Source of the DNA: Thermoplasmata archaeon
GTDB taxonomy: Archaea; Thermoplasmatota; Thermoplasmata; Halarchaeoplasmatales; Halarchaeoplasmataceae
Assembly: GCA_046540335.1 (NCBI GenBank)
Contig: JBKHFH010000005.1
Location: 1 to 43,328, forward strand
Direction: 5' to 3'
Length of the DNA stretch: 43,328 nucleotides
The notes under the pieces: generated by a model
What the model was told of the DNA's origin: nothing
What the model saw: the letters and a program-made list of their open reading frames with translations, nothing else
The model's database searches: none
Made by a program: the position numbers and the translations under genes
In this document: positions 19,061-29,124 of the stretch, one piece after another
Position numbering within the stretch: position 1 is the stretch's first letter
Layout of the letters: each line of letters starts with the position of its first letter

Positions 19061-20326
19061 TTATTTAAGGTATTTGTCTACCATCTTTAAAGCACAGACA
19101 TCCCCACACATCGAACACGCATCCTCCTCACTTGGATTTTTTTCTTTTCTGTATCTCTTTGCTTTTTCTGGATCTATCACTTTTTCTAGAGTCTTCTCCC
19201 AATCCAACCTCTGCCTAGCTAACGATATCTCGTCGTCAATTTCCTTATCTATACCTTTGGCTATATCTGCGGAGTGTGCTGCTATCTTAGATGCGATCAC
19301 TCCCTCTTTCACATCTCTAGCATCGGGGAGACCCAGATGTTCCGCCGGAGTCACGTAACAGAGGAAATCGGCACCATTGTATCCTGCTAATGCTCCTCCG
19401 ATCGCACCAGCGATATGATCGTACCCGGGAGCGAAGTCTGTTACAAGTGGTCCTAGCACGTAGAACGGCGCGCCATCACAGATATCTTTCTGAATTTTGA
19501 CATTGGTCTCCACTTGGTCCAGCGGAACGTGTCCGGGACCTTCGACCATCGCCTGTACGCCTCTCTCGCGAGATATTTCGACTAGCTCTCCCAGCGTTAT
19601 CAACTCTTGTATCTGAGGTCTATCGGTCGCGTCGGAGATGGCTCCGGGTCTAAAACCGTCCCCCAAGCTCAAAGTAAGGTTGTATTCTTCAGCGATTTCT
19701 AGAAGATAATCAAATTCTGAATACAGCGGATTTTCCTCTTCATTCTGTAATATCCAGGCGGTAAGGAACGAGCCGCCACGGCTCACAACATTTGCCAATC
19801 TATCGCTCTTTTTTAGACTTTCTACCGCTTCTTTGGTCACGCCGCAGTGAACCGTTATAAAATCCACGCCGTCTTCGGCGTGTTTCCTGATACTGTTAAA
19901 TATATCGTCAGATGTCATATTCACGATCGCGCTCTTTCTAGCGAGTTCTAATCCGCACTGATAGATGGGCACGGTTCCAAAGGGAAGGTCGGTGCGCTCT
20001 ATCAATTTTTCTCTGATCTTATCTATATCACCGCCAGTGCTCAGGTCCATGACCGCGTCAGCACCGTACTTTTTCGCGATTTTCAACTTTTCTATCTCCT
20101 CATCTATGTCTACGTGATCTTTGGAAGTCCCGAGATTGACGTTTATCTTCGTCTTCAGTCCTTCGCCTATCGCTTTGGCATCGGGACCGTGCAGAGGGTT
20201 TTGAGGTATCACTGCTTTACCCTTCTTAACGAGGTACTTGAGCTTTTCTGCAGAAACAGGCTCTTCTTTCGCGCACCTCTCTATCAGAGCTGGTATACTA
20301 TTTTCACAGTCTTGAAGTAGAGTCAT
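19061..20326 (-). CDS. thiC: Phosphomethylpyrimidine synthase ThiC
   Basis: TKINVNLGTS, MDLSTGG, GTVPIYQ, VSRGGS, EGPGHVP, PGYDH, YVTPAEHL and CSMCG motifs. Confidence 0.95.
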   Translation of the reverse strand: MTLLQDCENSIPALIERCAKEEPVSAEKLKYLVKKGKAVIPQNPLHGPDAKAIGEGLKTKINVNLGTSKDHVDIDEEIEKLKIAKKYGADAVMDLSTGGDIDKIREKLIERTDLPFGTVPIYQCGLELARKSAIVNMTSDDIFNSIRKHAEDGVDFITVHCGVTKEAVESLKKSDRLANVVSRGGSFLTAWILQNEEENPLYSEFDYLLEIAEEYNLTLSLGDGFRPGAISDATDRPQIQELITLGELVEISRERGVQAMVEGPGHVPLDQVETNVKIQKDICDGAPFYVLGPLVTDFAPGYDHIAGAIGGALAGYNGADFLCYVTPAEHLGLPDARDVKEGVIASKIAAHSADIAKGIDKEIDDEISLARQRLDWEKTLEKVIDPEKAKRYRKEKNPSEEDACSMCGDVCALKMVDKYLK

Positions 20327-20416
20327 CGTACACGAATGATAGGCAGCCCCTTAAATCCTTTTTTACATATTATTAAAAATATAAATATCTATGTAAAGTT
20401 TTTAGATAGTTATTTC

Positions 20417-20920
20417 TCACCGATACATAGGATATTTTTTGCGGAATTTCTTTTTGAGCTTTTTTCTAAGCTTTTTATCCACTTTCTCCTGCTCTTCAAG
20501 AGGATATCTGAAGGGCTCTCCCCGGTTGAAAGGTCCGAGCATCAGGTACTCGTTTCCGCTGCTCTTCTCTGGAAGAGTCGGTTTCTTCCTCATCTTCTTT
20601 TGGACCAATTTTTTCTTTTCTTCATCATCCGAATTTGAAAGCGAATCGAAGAATTTTTTCAATTCATCTTTTTTGAACCGTCGAAAGCCAAAATCGGGCA
20701 GTTTCCTTTCCAACTGATCTTTCTCGACACTTATCTCGGTACCCATACCCAGCGTGTTCTGCGTGTATATGGAATCTACCTTGATGAAGTAACCTTTATC
20801 ATCGTGTATCACGTAGATATTGTAAAAATCATCGGACTTGTCGGTCCAAAAGCTCCATCCTTCTGGATTCTCCTTGTAATCTTCCAAAAAATCTGCCATT
20901 ATCTCATCGATGTTCTTCAT
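20417..20920 (-). CDS. Hypothetical protein with Lys-rich C-terminus
   Basis: ~167-aa ORF with host-like codon pattern; no family recognised. Confidence 0.65.
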   Translation of the reverse strand: MKNIDEIMADFLEDYKENPEGWSFWTDKSDDFYNIYVIHDDKGYFIKVDSIYTQNTLGMGTEISVEKDQLERKLPDFGFRRFKKDELKKFFDSLSNSDDEEKKKLVQKKMRKKPTLPEKSSGNEYLMLGPFNRGEPFRYPLEEQEKVDKKLRKKLKKKFRKKYPMYR

Positions 20921-20998
20921 CGCTTTCACTTTTCAAGCTTAGGAGGTCCTCTTTATACCTTTCTACTTTATCTCAGTATGCAGAGTCAGACCTTTAGC

Positions 20999-21496
20999 TT
21001 ACATCAAAAACGCATCTGGGTTCTCACTCATGTCTATGAAATTGTTAGCGGCCTCTTTCAACTCTTTTGAAGCGCTTTCTTCGAAAGCCATGACTTCGAC
21101 TCTTACGCCCTCGGCTTGAAGATGATATACTAAATGGGAAAAGTCACCGTCTCCTGTTACTAAAACAACCACGTCTAATTTATCCGCGATCTTCAAAGCA
21201 TCGATAGCGATCCCCATATCCCAATCTCCTTTTTTAGCTCCACCGTAGTACTCTTTCAGTCTTTTTTTCTTGACTTCAAAACCTATACTCTCTAATGTTT
21301 CGAAAAAATTCGATTCGTCCGGAGTTTCAGACTCTATAGCGTAAGCTATCGCCCTTGTCACTTTTCTGTTCTGTTGGGCTTTATTCAATAAAGATTCGAA
21401 ATCAACTTTATTACTATACACATTTCTAGCAGAATAATACATATTCTGCACATCAACAAATATTCCAACTCTCTGGTCTTTATAGATTGATACCAT
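20999..21496 (-). CDS. NYN domain (LabA/DUF88) PIN-like protein
   Basis: FVDVQNMY, KGDWDMGIAID and LVTGDGDF motifs. Confidence 0.93.
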   Translation of the reverse strand: MVSIYKDQRVGIFVDVQNMYYSARNVYSNKVDFESLLNKAQQNRKVTRAIAYAIESETPDESNFFETLESIGFEVKKKRLKEYYGGAKKGDWDMGIAIDALKIADKLDVVVLVTGDGDFSHLVYHLQAEGVRVEVMAFEESASKELKEAANNFIDMSENPDAFLM

Positions 21497-21636
21497 ACTT
21501 TTTCACCTAACATCTGATTTTATATTCTTATCGAACTTAAGAGACCCTCTTTTAATTTAGTATTTTTGATTCGATGTATTTCTCTACAAAAGATTTAAAC
21601 TATCGAGATTCTATCTAAGTTCGGTATAGGGATAAA

Positions 21637-22191
21637 ATGATATCTAGAGAAGAAGCACTTGATATGATAGAGGATAATATCGATACCGAAAATCTACAGA
21701 ATCATATGCTTGCAGTAGCTCAGATAATGAAAAGACTTGCTGAAAGGTTAAACGAGGATGAGAAGAAATGGGAAATACTCGGATTGGTCCATGATCTCGA
21801 TTATGAAGAGACTAAAGACGATCCCGAAAAACACGCACTCAAGTCTGCCGAGATGGTGGAAGGAAAGGTTCCCGACGATGTGTATAGAGCTATCAAAGCA
21901 CACAATCACGAACACACGGGCGTAGAGCCAAAAAACGATATGGAGTACGCGATTCACGCCGCCGACGCGGTCTCGGGACTGATTGTAGCCACCGCACTTG
22001 TGATGCCTAACAGTAAATTGGAAGAAGCCAGACCAGAATCCGTGGAGAAGAAGTTCGACGATTCTTCATTCGCGAAGAACATAGATAGAGATAGGATACT
22101 CTACTGCGAGGAACTTGGCCTTGAAAGGGACGAGTTTTTGGAGCTCTCCTTGAAAGCTCTTCAGGAGATAGATGAGGAGTTAGGATTGTAA
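21637..22191 (+). CDS. HDIG/HD-domain phosphohydrolase
   Basis: [21 protein letters not shown] and ADAVSGLI motifs. Confidence 0.9.
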   Translation: MISREEALDMIEDNIDTENLQNHMLAVAQIMKRLAERLNEDEKKWEILGLVHDLDYEETKDDPEKHALKSAEMVEGKVPDDVYRAIKAHNHEHTGVEPKNDMEYAIHAADAVSGLIVATALVMPNSKLEEARPESVEKKFDDSSFAKNIDRDRILYCEELGLERDEFLELSLKALQEIDEELGL

Positions 22192-22196
22192 ACAAT

Positions 22197-22682
22197 ATGA
22201 AGGTAGAAAAACCATCCGATGAAGAGCTGGAAGAACTTTACCGAAAGTTCGGAGAGCCTGAGATCAAAGAAGAAGAGGTAAGTCTTTCTGCGTTGGAGTA
22301 CAAGGGAGATTATCCAGACTGCAAAGGCGAAGCGGCTTTTGAGATAAAGAAGGAAAACAAGGTGGTCGGTGTAATGCACTCGGGCGGCGAAAAATATGTT
22401 CTACCGATGGGAAGAATTTGGAAAGACGAGGGATTCATTGAAGGGTCGAAGAGAGAGGCGAGGGAAGAGACCGGCCTGAATATAGAGATAAAGGCTTTAC
22501 GAGAGATAAGAAAAGTCAAGTATGAATTCTCCAATGTTGAGCTCAAAAGATGGCATCTGCTCTTCGAGGCGGAAGAAGTTGGAGGTGAGTTAAACCCTGA
22601 AGATCCAGACGAAATAGAAGAAGCAGAGCTTTTCGAAGGAGAATGGTATTGGAACAAAGGGTTCTATATTTTGAGAAAGTAG
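22197..22682 (+). CDS. NUDIX hydrolase
   Basis: LPMGRIWKDEGFIEGSKREAREETGL Nudix box. Confidence 0.88.
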   Translation: MKVEKPSDEELEELYRKFGEPEIKEEEVSLSALEYKGDYPDCKGEAAFEIKKENKVVGVMHSGGEKYVLPMGRIWKDEGFIEGSKREAREETGLNIEIKALREIRKVKYEFSNVELKRWHLLFEAEEVGGELNPEDPDEIEEAELFEGEWYWNKGFYILRK

Positions 22683-22734
22683 TTCCCTGTAAATCCAGCA
22701 AAAAATAAATAAAGTAATGACTTAATTTAATCAT

Positions 22735-23346
22735 ATGGAGGGCGAAAACAACTCTAGAGATATCTTTATCAAGGAGCTTCCCGAGATATCTACAGAACCG
22801 GCAGCTTTGGGCTTATTTGGTCTTGCAGTAGCTGCTTTAGTACTTGGCGTTTCATACACCGGTCTCGCCGACAACACGAACACGGCTTTATTGATTCCCT
22901 AGGTCCTTTTCTTCGGTGCGACCGGACAATTTGTAGCGGGGTTGATGGAGTTCAAACGCAGCAATGTTTTCGGAGCTACAGTTTTCACCTTCTTTTCTAT
23001 GACGATGTACTCTATCGCTTTGACCGTCACAATAAACATATTTACAGATGTGACGGTAGACACAAATCATTATGCTGCGGGACTTATCGCCGTATTGATT
23101 TTTTTATTGATCGTGACTTTCGCCTCCATGATGACCAATAAGGCACTGTTTTCGATCGTTGTTACGGTGGATATAGCACTTCCGATCTTGATCGCTCATT
23201 ATCTATGGGGATATTCCGGTTTTGTTGGGGGAATATCCTTGCTGATAACTTCTGTGCTTTCCTTCTACACCGCGGCGGCGATATTATTGAACACCATGGC
23301 TCAAAAGACGATACTACCGCTGGGTAGTCCGATTTGGGAACCGTAA
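22735..23346 (+). pseudogene. Acetate uptake transporter (SatP/YaaH/GPR1-FUN34) with in-frame TAG at codon 56
   Basis: From ATG 22735 it reads ...EPAALGLFG...LLIP*VLFFGATGQFVAGLMEF..., with the TAG at 22900-22902. The frame is otherwise intact to 23346. Confidence 0.8.
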
Positions 23347-23384
23347 AAATCATCCGCTGGGATCAGGGGCATTTTGAATAGAAC

Positions 23385-23942
23385 TCACCCTTCGAACTTA
23401 TTCCTGTGCACGAATTCGTCCAGCTCCTCCCTTTCAGGCCTTTCTTTTTCCGTCTCTATCTGGTCTTCGGTCATATAATCGGTCGGCTCATCAGCGTGCT
23501 CACCCAAATTTATCAGTGTGATCAGCCTGTATTGCTCTGGTATATCCAAAAGTTCTTTCGTCTCGTCCTCGTCGAAGCCAGCGATCGGATGAGCTACTAA
23601 TCCCAACTCTGTAGCTCTCAACTGTAAGAAAGCCGCGGCCATACCGGTATCGAATAGATGATAAGACCTCTCGCCCACTTCACAGTCGTCTTCACTCTTG
23701 CTGAAAACCGCTATAATCAAAGAGGCCCCCTTCGTCCATTCATTGTAACTTTTTATCACGCCTTGCATCTTTTTCAGCATATCCTCGTCATAGACAAAGA
23801 CGAAATTCCAGGGCTGGTGGTTGTAACAGGAAGGGGAGAGCTGTGCGTGTTTGGCAAGGTCTTCTATCAACTCTTCAGTTATCTCCGTCTTCTCAAGAGC
23901 TCGATACGCCCTTCTTTTGCGGATAGCCTCTTTAACGTCCAT
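23385..23942 (-). CDS. Nitroreductase family protein
   Basis: IRKRRAYR, SPSCYNHQPWNF and DTGMAAAFLQLRATELGL motifs (alternative GTG start 23951). Confidence 0.92.
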   Translation of the reverse strand: MDVKEAIRKRRAYRALEKTEITEELIEDLAKHAQLSPSCYNHQPWNFVFVYDEDMLKKMQGVIKSYNEWTKGASLIIAVFSKSEDDCEVGERSYHLFDTGMAAAFLQLRATELGLVAHPIAGFDEDETKELLDIPEQYRLITLINLGEHADEPTDYMTEDQIETEKERPEREELDEFVHRNKFEG

Positions 23943-23947
23943 GATAC

Positions 23948-24805
23948 TCACTTCTTATCATTTATGATTTCTGTTATCCTATCCTGTCTTTCTTTTTTGT
24001 CCAGTCGGTCCATCACTGGATTCAGTTCTGGATAAGCTTTCTCGTTGAATACGGGCATCTGTTCTTTATAGAAAATACCTATAGGCAAACGCTCTTCTTC
24101 ATCAGTAAGTTTCATCGCTTCTTCTCTGGTATCCGCTGGTTTTTCTAAGATCTCTACAAGATCGTTGTACAACTCATATGTATCGTAAAATGTAACGCAG
24201 GGCTGAAGCACGTCCACGAGAGAAAACCCTTCGTGTTTGACCGCTTCTACGATCAGATCAACCAAATGCTTGATATTGCCCGAATATCCACGACTCACGA
24301 ATCCAGCTCCAGATGCAAGTATCAATTTCAAGGGATTTATAGGCTCATCGACGTTACCTTCAGGTGTAGAAGGTCCTTTGAATCCTTTGTTACTCGTAGG
24401 AGATTTTTGTCCGGTAGTAAGGGCATAGTTTTCATTGTTATGGACGATCATAGTTACGTCCGCGTTCCTCCTAGCAGCGTATATTAAATGAGCGATCCCT
24501 TCGCCATAGGCGTCACCGTCACCACCAAAAGCTAAAACCTTCAAGTCCGGATTGGCGAACTTCATGCCTTGTATGGTCGAAATTTCCCTTCCGTGGATAG
24601 AATACAACCCGCTGAGGTTTAAGTAATCAAAAATTTTGCCATGACATCCGATACCAGCTGAGATCAAAAGTTCTTCTCTATTTATGCCCTCTTTTTCCAA
24701 TTTTTTTACTGCTTGCTTAACCGCGTTTAGAAGCCCAAAATTTCCACACCCGAGACACCAGGTATTCTCTTCTTCACTTTCGACCTCCAATTCTTCGAAC
24801 CTCAT
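23948..24805 (-). CDS. 2-oxoacid:ferredoxin oxidoreductase beta subunit
   Basis: WCLGCGNF, GIGCHG, HGR, GGDGD TPP motif, YALTTGQKSPT and QPCVTF. Confidence 0.95.
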   Translation of the reverse strand: MRFEELEVESEEENTWCLGCGNFGLLNAVKQAVKKLEKEGINREELLISAGIGCHGKIFDYLNLSGLYSIHGREISTIQGMKFANPDLKVLAFGGDGDAYGEGIAHLIYAARRNADVTMIVHNNENYALTTGQKSPTSNKGFKGPSTPEGNVDEPINPLKLILASGAGFVSRGYSGNIKHLVDLIVEAVKHEGFSLVDVLQPCVTFYDTYELYNDLVEILEKPADTREEAMKLTDEEERLPIGIFYKEQMPVFNEKAYPELNPVMDRLDKKERQDRITEIINDKK

Positions 24806-26460
24806 CGTATCGCCTCCTTTATCTCTTTAGCAAGTTCTCGGGGCTCGAATGCCCTTCCGTCATACTTTCTTATCACCGCTTTGGGCTTAATCCCACATTT
24901 TTTACGGAGTAATTTCGCAAACTGTCCTGTAGAGTTCTGTTCCACGATGATCGCATCTTCATCGATGTATTCTTCTAATTCCCATATCGGGAATGGTTTC
25001 ATATATACTGGCTGGACTATCTTTGCATCTAAATCCTCGAATTTTAAGGCTTCTCTAACACTCATCGTGGTCGAGCCAAAAGTAAATATCACATTTTCTC
25101 CTTCTCCGAACTCATTGACTGTGTTCCTCTCTTTCAGATCAAATATCAAGGTCTCGTTCTTTCTCCTCCTCTTGTCGTGCATATCTATGACCTCTTGTGG
25201 ATCTTCGGTCGTGTACCCCATCTCGTCATGCTCGTAGCTGTTCCATTTTATCAGTTGTTTAGAAGGTGGAAACTTCAATTTAGATATTCCATCGTCGGTA
25301 TTTTCATATCTATGATAGTCTCCCTCACCTTCGGATCTTTTAGGTTCTGCCCATCCTATATCAGATGGATTTATGTCGATATTCATACTACTTTCGCACA
25401 GATGCTTTTCCGTTAGGAAGATCCCAGGTGTCTGATACTTCCATACAAGATTTAACATCTCACCAGCCAAGTTAAAAGCCTCTTCAATACTCCCGGGTGA
25501 AGCTACGATCAATGGAAAGTCCCCGTGGCCTTGATTTATCGCAAAATTTAAATCTGCCTGTTCAGTATAAGTAGGCACTCCGGTGGAAGGGCCAGGTCTT
25601 GATCCCAAAACGAACAACACTGGTGATTCTGTCATCCCAGCTAAAGATATGGTCTCCTCCATCAAAGCTAAGCCTCCTCCGCTACTCCCTACCATCACTC
25701 TAGCTCCTGGCATCGTAGCGCCAACAGCCATATTAGCAACTGAGATCTCATTTTCTGGATGTACCGACATGACCTGTAGATCATCTTCGTGAGAGGCGAA
25801 AAAATGTAGTATTGAAGATGCCGGAGTCATCGGATATCCAATATAGATATCAAGTCCGGCTGCTGCTGCACCTAAGGATAAAGATTCGTTACCACTGAAG
25901 ATAGGAGTTTTATTCTCTAATTTCTCAAAAGTAAATTTTTTATCTATTTTTTCTTCGGCTAGTTCATATATCTTCTCGGCAAAAGAAATATTTTCTTCTA
26001 CACCCTTAGAATATTCTTTCTTTATGACTTTTCTTAGCTCGTCAATATCCATACCGATGACGGAGGATAGTACCGCTATACCGGCTACGCCTTTGATAAG
26101 ATCGGATTTTGAGTAATCCTCTGCGATATCATCGATCGGCAATCCGATACCTTCTCCTTCTTCAGTATCTCCAGAATTGTAGATCATCAGTCCGTTCTCA
26201 GCGAGATGATCTTTATGCAATTGGTAACTTCTATCATCTAGATTTACTATTATATCTGCGACCATATGATGACTGTATATCTCTTCTTTAGAGGTACTAA
26301 CGACTGAAAAGTTATGCCCCCCCCTTATTAGGCTCTGGTAATCGTCCATCTTGAAAGTTTTTCCTCCTAAATCAGAGAATAAGTTCGCAGCTGCCGAACC
26401 TGCTTTTTTAACACCTTCGCCCGCCTTACCGCCTATTATGTAAGTAAATACATCCTCCAT
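24802..26460 (-). CDS. 2-oxoacid:ferredoxin oxidoreductase alpha subunit (gamma-alpha fusion)
   Basis: GGKAGEGV, IRGGHN, GYPMTPAS, SSGGG and RPGPSTGVPT motifs. Confidence 0.95.
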   Translation of the reverse strand: MEDVFTYIIGGKAGEGVKKAGSAAANLFSDLGGKTFKMDDYQSLIRGGHNFSVVSTSKEEIYSHHMVADIIVNLDDRSYQLHKDHLAENGLMIYNSGDTEEGEGIGLPIDDIAEDYSKSDLIKGVAGIAVLSSVIGMDIDELRKVIKKEYSKGVEENISFAEKIYELAEEKIDKKFTFEKLENKTPIFSGNESLSLGAAAAGLDIYIGYPMTPASSILHFFASHEDDLQVMSVHPENEISVANMAVGATMPGARVMVGSSGGGLALMEETISLAGMTESPVLFVLGSRPGPSTGVPTYTEQADLNFAINQGHGDFPLIVASPGSIEEAFNLAGEMLNLVWKYQTPGIFLTEKHLCESSMNIDINPSDIGWAEPKRSEGEGDYHRYENTDDGISKLKFPPSKQLIKWNSYEHDEMGYTTEDPQEVIDMHDKRRRKNETLIFDLKERNTVNEFGEGENVIFTFGSTTMSVREALKFEDLDAKIVQPVYMKPFPIWELEEYIDEDAIIVEQNSTGQFAKLLRKKCGIKPKAVIRKYDGRAFEPRELAKEIKEAIR

Positions 26461-26552
26461 TATTTTTCACCCAAGCTCAATTATTGATAAAGGGTTTCAA
26501 AAAGAAAGGTTTTTTGGTTCCTTGTTTATTGATAAAACAACTCTAGGATCCT

Positions 26553-27080
26553 TCACTCTTCCTCTCCTGGTTTGACCGGAAATACGCTGCCGATAGGTCT
26601 TTGTCCCATCTCTTTGTCTAACATCATGAGAGCTCTTCCGTCTTCACCGGCCATCTCGAGCTTGTCCACTATCTCTTCTGTGGATTCTTCCTCTTCTACC
26701 TGCTCGTCTATGAACCACTGCAGCATCTGTAAAGTCGCTCTATCGTTTTTGTCCTCGGCTAGGTCAGCAAGCTTGTTGATCCTTTCTGTGACGTACTGCT
26801 CGTGTTCATAAGCGTCCCTGAATATCTCCAGCGGTGAATCCCATTCTATCTTCGGTTTCTCGATCTCCTTCAATCTCACTCGTCCACCTCTGCTTCCTAG
26901 ATATTGATATAATCTCATCGCGTGATTTATCTCTTCTATAGTCTGGGAATGCATCCATGTTTCAAAGCCGTCCAAACCCCGGTCTCCCAGATCCGCTGCC
27001 ATCGAAAGGTAGATATACGCAGAATAAAGCTCCGCGTTTATCTGGTCGTTGATCGCTTCTTCTATTTCATCATCTATCAT
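26553..27080 (-). CDS. ftnA: Ferritin
   Basis: NDQINAELYSAYIYLSMA, EEINHA, HEQYVT and LQWFIDEQVEEE. GAGGTGA SD before ATG 27080. Confidence 0.95.
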   Translation of the reverse strand: MIDDEIEEAINDQINAELYSAYIYLSMAADLGDRGLDGFETWMHSQTIEEINHAMRLYQYLGSRGGRVRLKEIEKPKIEWDSPLEIFRDAYEHEQYVTERINKLADLAEDKNDRATLQMLQWFIDEQVEEEESTEEIVDKLEMAGEDGRALMMLDKEMGQRPIGSVFPVKPGEEE

Positions 27081-27091
27081 ATCTATCACCT

Positions 27092-27619
27092 CTATGCAGA
27101 GAACTCCTTGAACTTCTTTCTATCTAGTCCGCAAACCGGGCACTTTTCAGGCGGCTTTCCTTCGTGTGTATACCCGCATTTTGGGCAGATGTACACGTCG
27201 TCCAATTCGATATCTTTGTCTTTCTCTGCTACTTCTTTAGCCTCACTGTACATCTCTCTGTGTATCTTTTCGGCTTCTAGCGCATAGTTTATCGAAGTCT
27301 CTGCTCCGTACTCTTCTTCGAGTTCTGCTATTGCGTGATATGCCGGATACATGCTCGTCACTTCGAAATCTTCTCCATCTATACCGGTCTGAAGATTTTC
27401 TACCGTATCTCCTATCTTGCCAAGTTCTTCATAGTGATTGCCAGCATGAACTTTTTCTGCATAGGCTATAGCTCTGAACAACCTAGCTGTGTTCTCTTTG
27501 CCCTCTTCTTCAGCGATGTCACTGAAATGTAAGTACCTCATGTGAGCCATAGACTCACCTTCGAACGCTTCCTCTAAAGATTTCTTCGTCATTTCTCCCA
27601 TTTCGTCTTCTTCGCTCAT
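27092..27619 (-). CDS. Rubrerythrin
   Basis: AFEGESMA, AEKVHA, GEDFE, AEKIH and C-terminal CPKCGY...CPVCG. Confidence 0.95.
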   Translation of the reverse strand: MSEEDEMGEMTKKSLEEAFEGESMAHMRYLHFSDIAEEEGKENTARLFRAIAYAEKVHAGNHYEELGKIGDTVENLQTGIDGEDFEVTSMYPAYHAIAELEEEYGAETSINYALEAEKIHREMYSEAKEVAEKDKDIELDDVYICPKCGYTHEGKPPEKCPVCGLDRKKFKEFSA

Positions 27620-27631
27620 TTTATACACCTT

Positions 27632-28009
27632 TTATTTTTTCCATAAACCATGAACATTACAGTATTCTCTTATAGAATGGATTTCACTCGGTTCTATATC
27701 GAATTCGACTTTTGGTTCTTCGTTAGGATGAAGGAATTTTCTAAATGCACCCTCCTCTGTCAAAACTTCGATCCACTCGATATAATGATCTTCTTCCATC
27801 GGATGTTCAACAGATCCGACCTTTACTGAGATCCCGTCACCTTTTTCTTTTCCAACCGGCAGGTGTTTCTCGTTTCCTTCTTCTTCAATCTTTTCTTCCA
27901 AAAGCTCCATAGGCTCCCCACAGCAGACCAGTTCCCCTTTGCCTTCGTGTACTACTTCAACTATATTGCCACATATATTGCATCTATAAACTTCCAATCT
28001 TTCCGTCAT
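27632..28009 (-). CDS. dfx: Desulfoferrodoxin (2Fe superoxide reductase)
   Basis: CNICGN...CCGEPM, EKHLP, HPMEEDHYIEWI and YCNVHGLW motifs. Confidence 0.95.
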   Translation of the reverse strand: MTERLEVYRCNICGNIVEVVHEGKGELVCCGEPMELLEEKIEEEGNEKHLPVGKEKGDGISVKVGSVEHPMEEDHYIEWIEVLTEEGAFRKFLHPNEEPKVEFDIEPSEIHSIREYCNVHGLWKK

Positions 28010-28078
28010 GTATATCTTCTCCAAATATATTTAAAGAGAAAAGGTTTTTATTTGACCGTTATCAACAGACTCCTTTGA

Positions 28079-28456
28079 CTAGAGTTCCTTTTCATTGGTC
28101 CAAAGACCATGAATGTTGCAGTACGAGTTCGCTATTATCGTGCCGCTCTTCTCAGTTTCAAAAGTACTCACTACCTTTGGCTCAGTGTAGATAGTGCTGG
28201 TATTCGGTCCCTCAGTGGATTCGCCGTGAGCGGTGAACTCGTACTTGCCTAGCTGGTAGGGGTACTCGTCACCCTCCGGCTTGAAGTACAATTCTATCCA
28301 CCGGATGTGATGCTCCGTTTCGTTCGGATGTGATATCTCTTTACCAATACTAGCTTTCACTTTCACCTTTTCACCCTTCTTTTCCACTTCTATCACTGGT
28401 ACGTGCTTCTCAGTTTTCCAATCGTCTGTCCTATACAGATCTTTTATTTTCGTCAT
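28079..28456 (-). CDS. Class II superoxide reductase (neelaredoxin-type)
   Basis: EKHVPVI, HPNETEHHIRWI and YCNIHGLW motifs. Confidence 0.93.
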   Translation of the reverse strand: MTKIKDLYRTDDWKTEKHVPVIEVEKKGEKVKVKASIGKEISHPNETEHHIRWIELYFKPEGDEYPYQLGKYEFTAHGESTEGPNTSTIYTEPKVVSTFETEKSGTIIANSYCNIHGLWTNEKEL

Positions 28457-28459
28457 TTT

Positions 28460-28945
28460 TTACCTCCTTTCCTTTAATTCAGAAATTATCTCCCTAACGT
28501 CAGGTACTTCCCCCATGGGATAAACTTTTGAAAACACTATCTTTTGATCTTCATCTAATAATACATTTGCTCTTTTAGAGATACCTTTGTCCTCCATGAA
28601 GAGACCGTATCTTTTAGCCACTTCTCCGTGGGGCCAGAAATCAGACAGTATCCTTAACTCTTCCAACCCTAGTTTTTCTGCCCATAACTTTTTACTGGGA
28701 ACGGGATCCACGCTGATACCCACAGGCACTGCGTTGTATTCCTGAAATTTCCTCTTGCTGTTATCTAGGGCCTTCATCTGCTTAGCGCAAACATCAGTAC
28801 CCGCAAGCGGATGAAACGAGAGGAGAACTCTAGTCCTATCTTTGTAATCTCTGAGCGTGAATTCCTCTCCATCCTGATCTTCTAGTGTGAAATCTGGAGC
28901 CTCTTTTCCAACTTCTATTTCAGACGGTATTTCTTCCATGTCCAT
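28460..28945 (-). CDS. Peroxiredoxin (AhpE/BCP-like)
   Basis: APDFTL, PxxxTxxC (PLAGTDVC) and LSDFWPHGEVAKRYG (alternative start 28939). Confidence 0.92.
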   Translation of the reverse strand: MDMEEIPSEIEVGKEAPDFTLEDQDGEEFTLRDYKDRTRVLLSFHPLAGTDVCAKQMKALDNSKRKFQEYNAVPVGISVDPVPSKKLWAEKLGLEELRILSDFWPHGEVAKRYGLFMEDKGISKRANVLLDEDQKIVFSKVYPMGEVPDVREIISELKERR

Positions 28946-28948
28946 CAC

Positions 28949-29113
28949 TCAATCCTCGACCTTTTCGAACTTATCCTTCGCGGCTCCACATACTGGACAC
29001 ACCCAATCGTCTGGCAACTCTTCGAATTTCGTTCCCGGTTCTATATCGCTGGTTTCGTCGCCTTCCTCTTCATCATATATATATCCGCAGACAGTACATC
29101 TCCATTTTGCCAT
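28949..29113 (-). CDS. Rubredoxin, 54 aa (missed by ORF track)
   Basis: [19 protein letters not shown]...[29 protein letters not shown] with a GAGGTGA SD. Confidence 0.97.
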   Translation of the reverse strand: MAKWRCTVCGYIYDEEEGDETSDIEPGTKFEELPDDWVCPVCGAAKDKFEKVED

Positions 29114-29124
29114 ATTTCATCACC

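Noticed and set aside
28058-28066. SurR-like GTT-N3-AAC site between the SOR genes
   Set aside because: A single 6-bp match is expected by chance.
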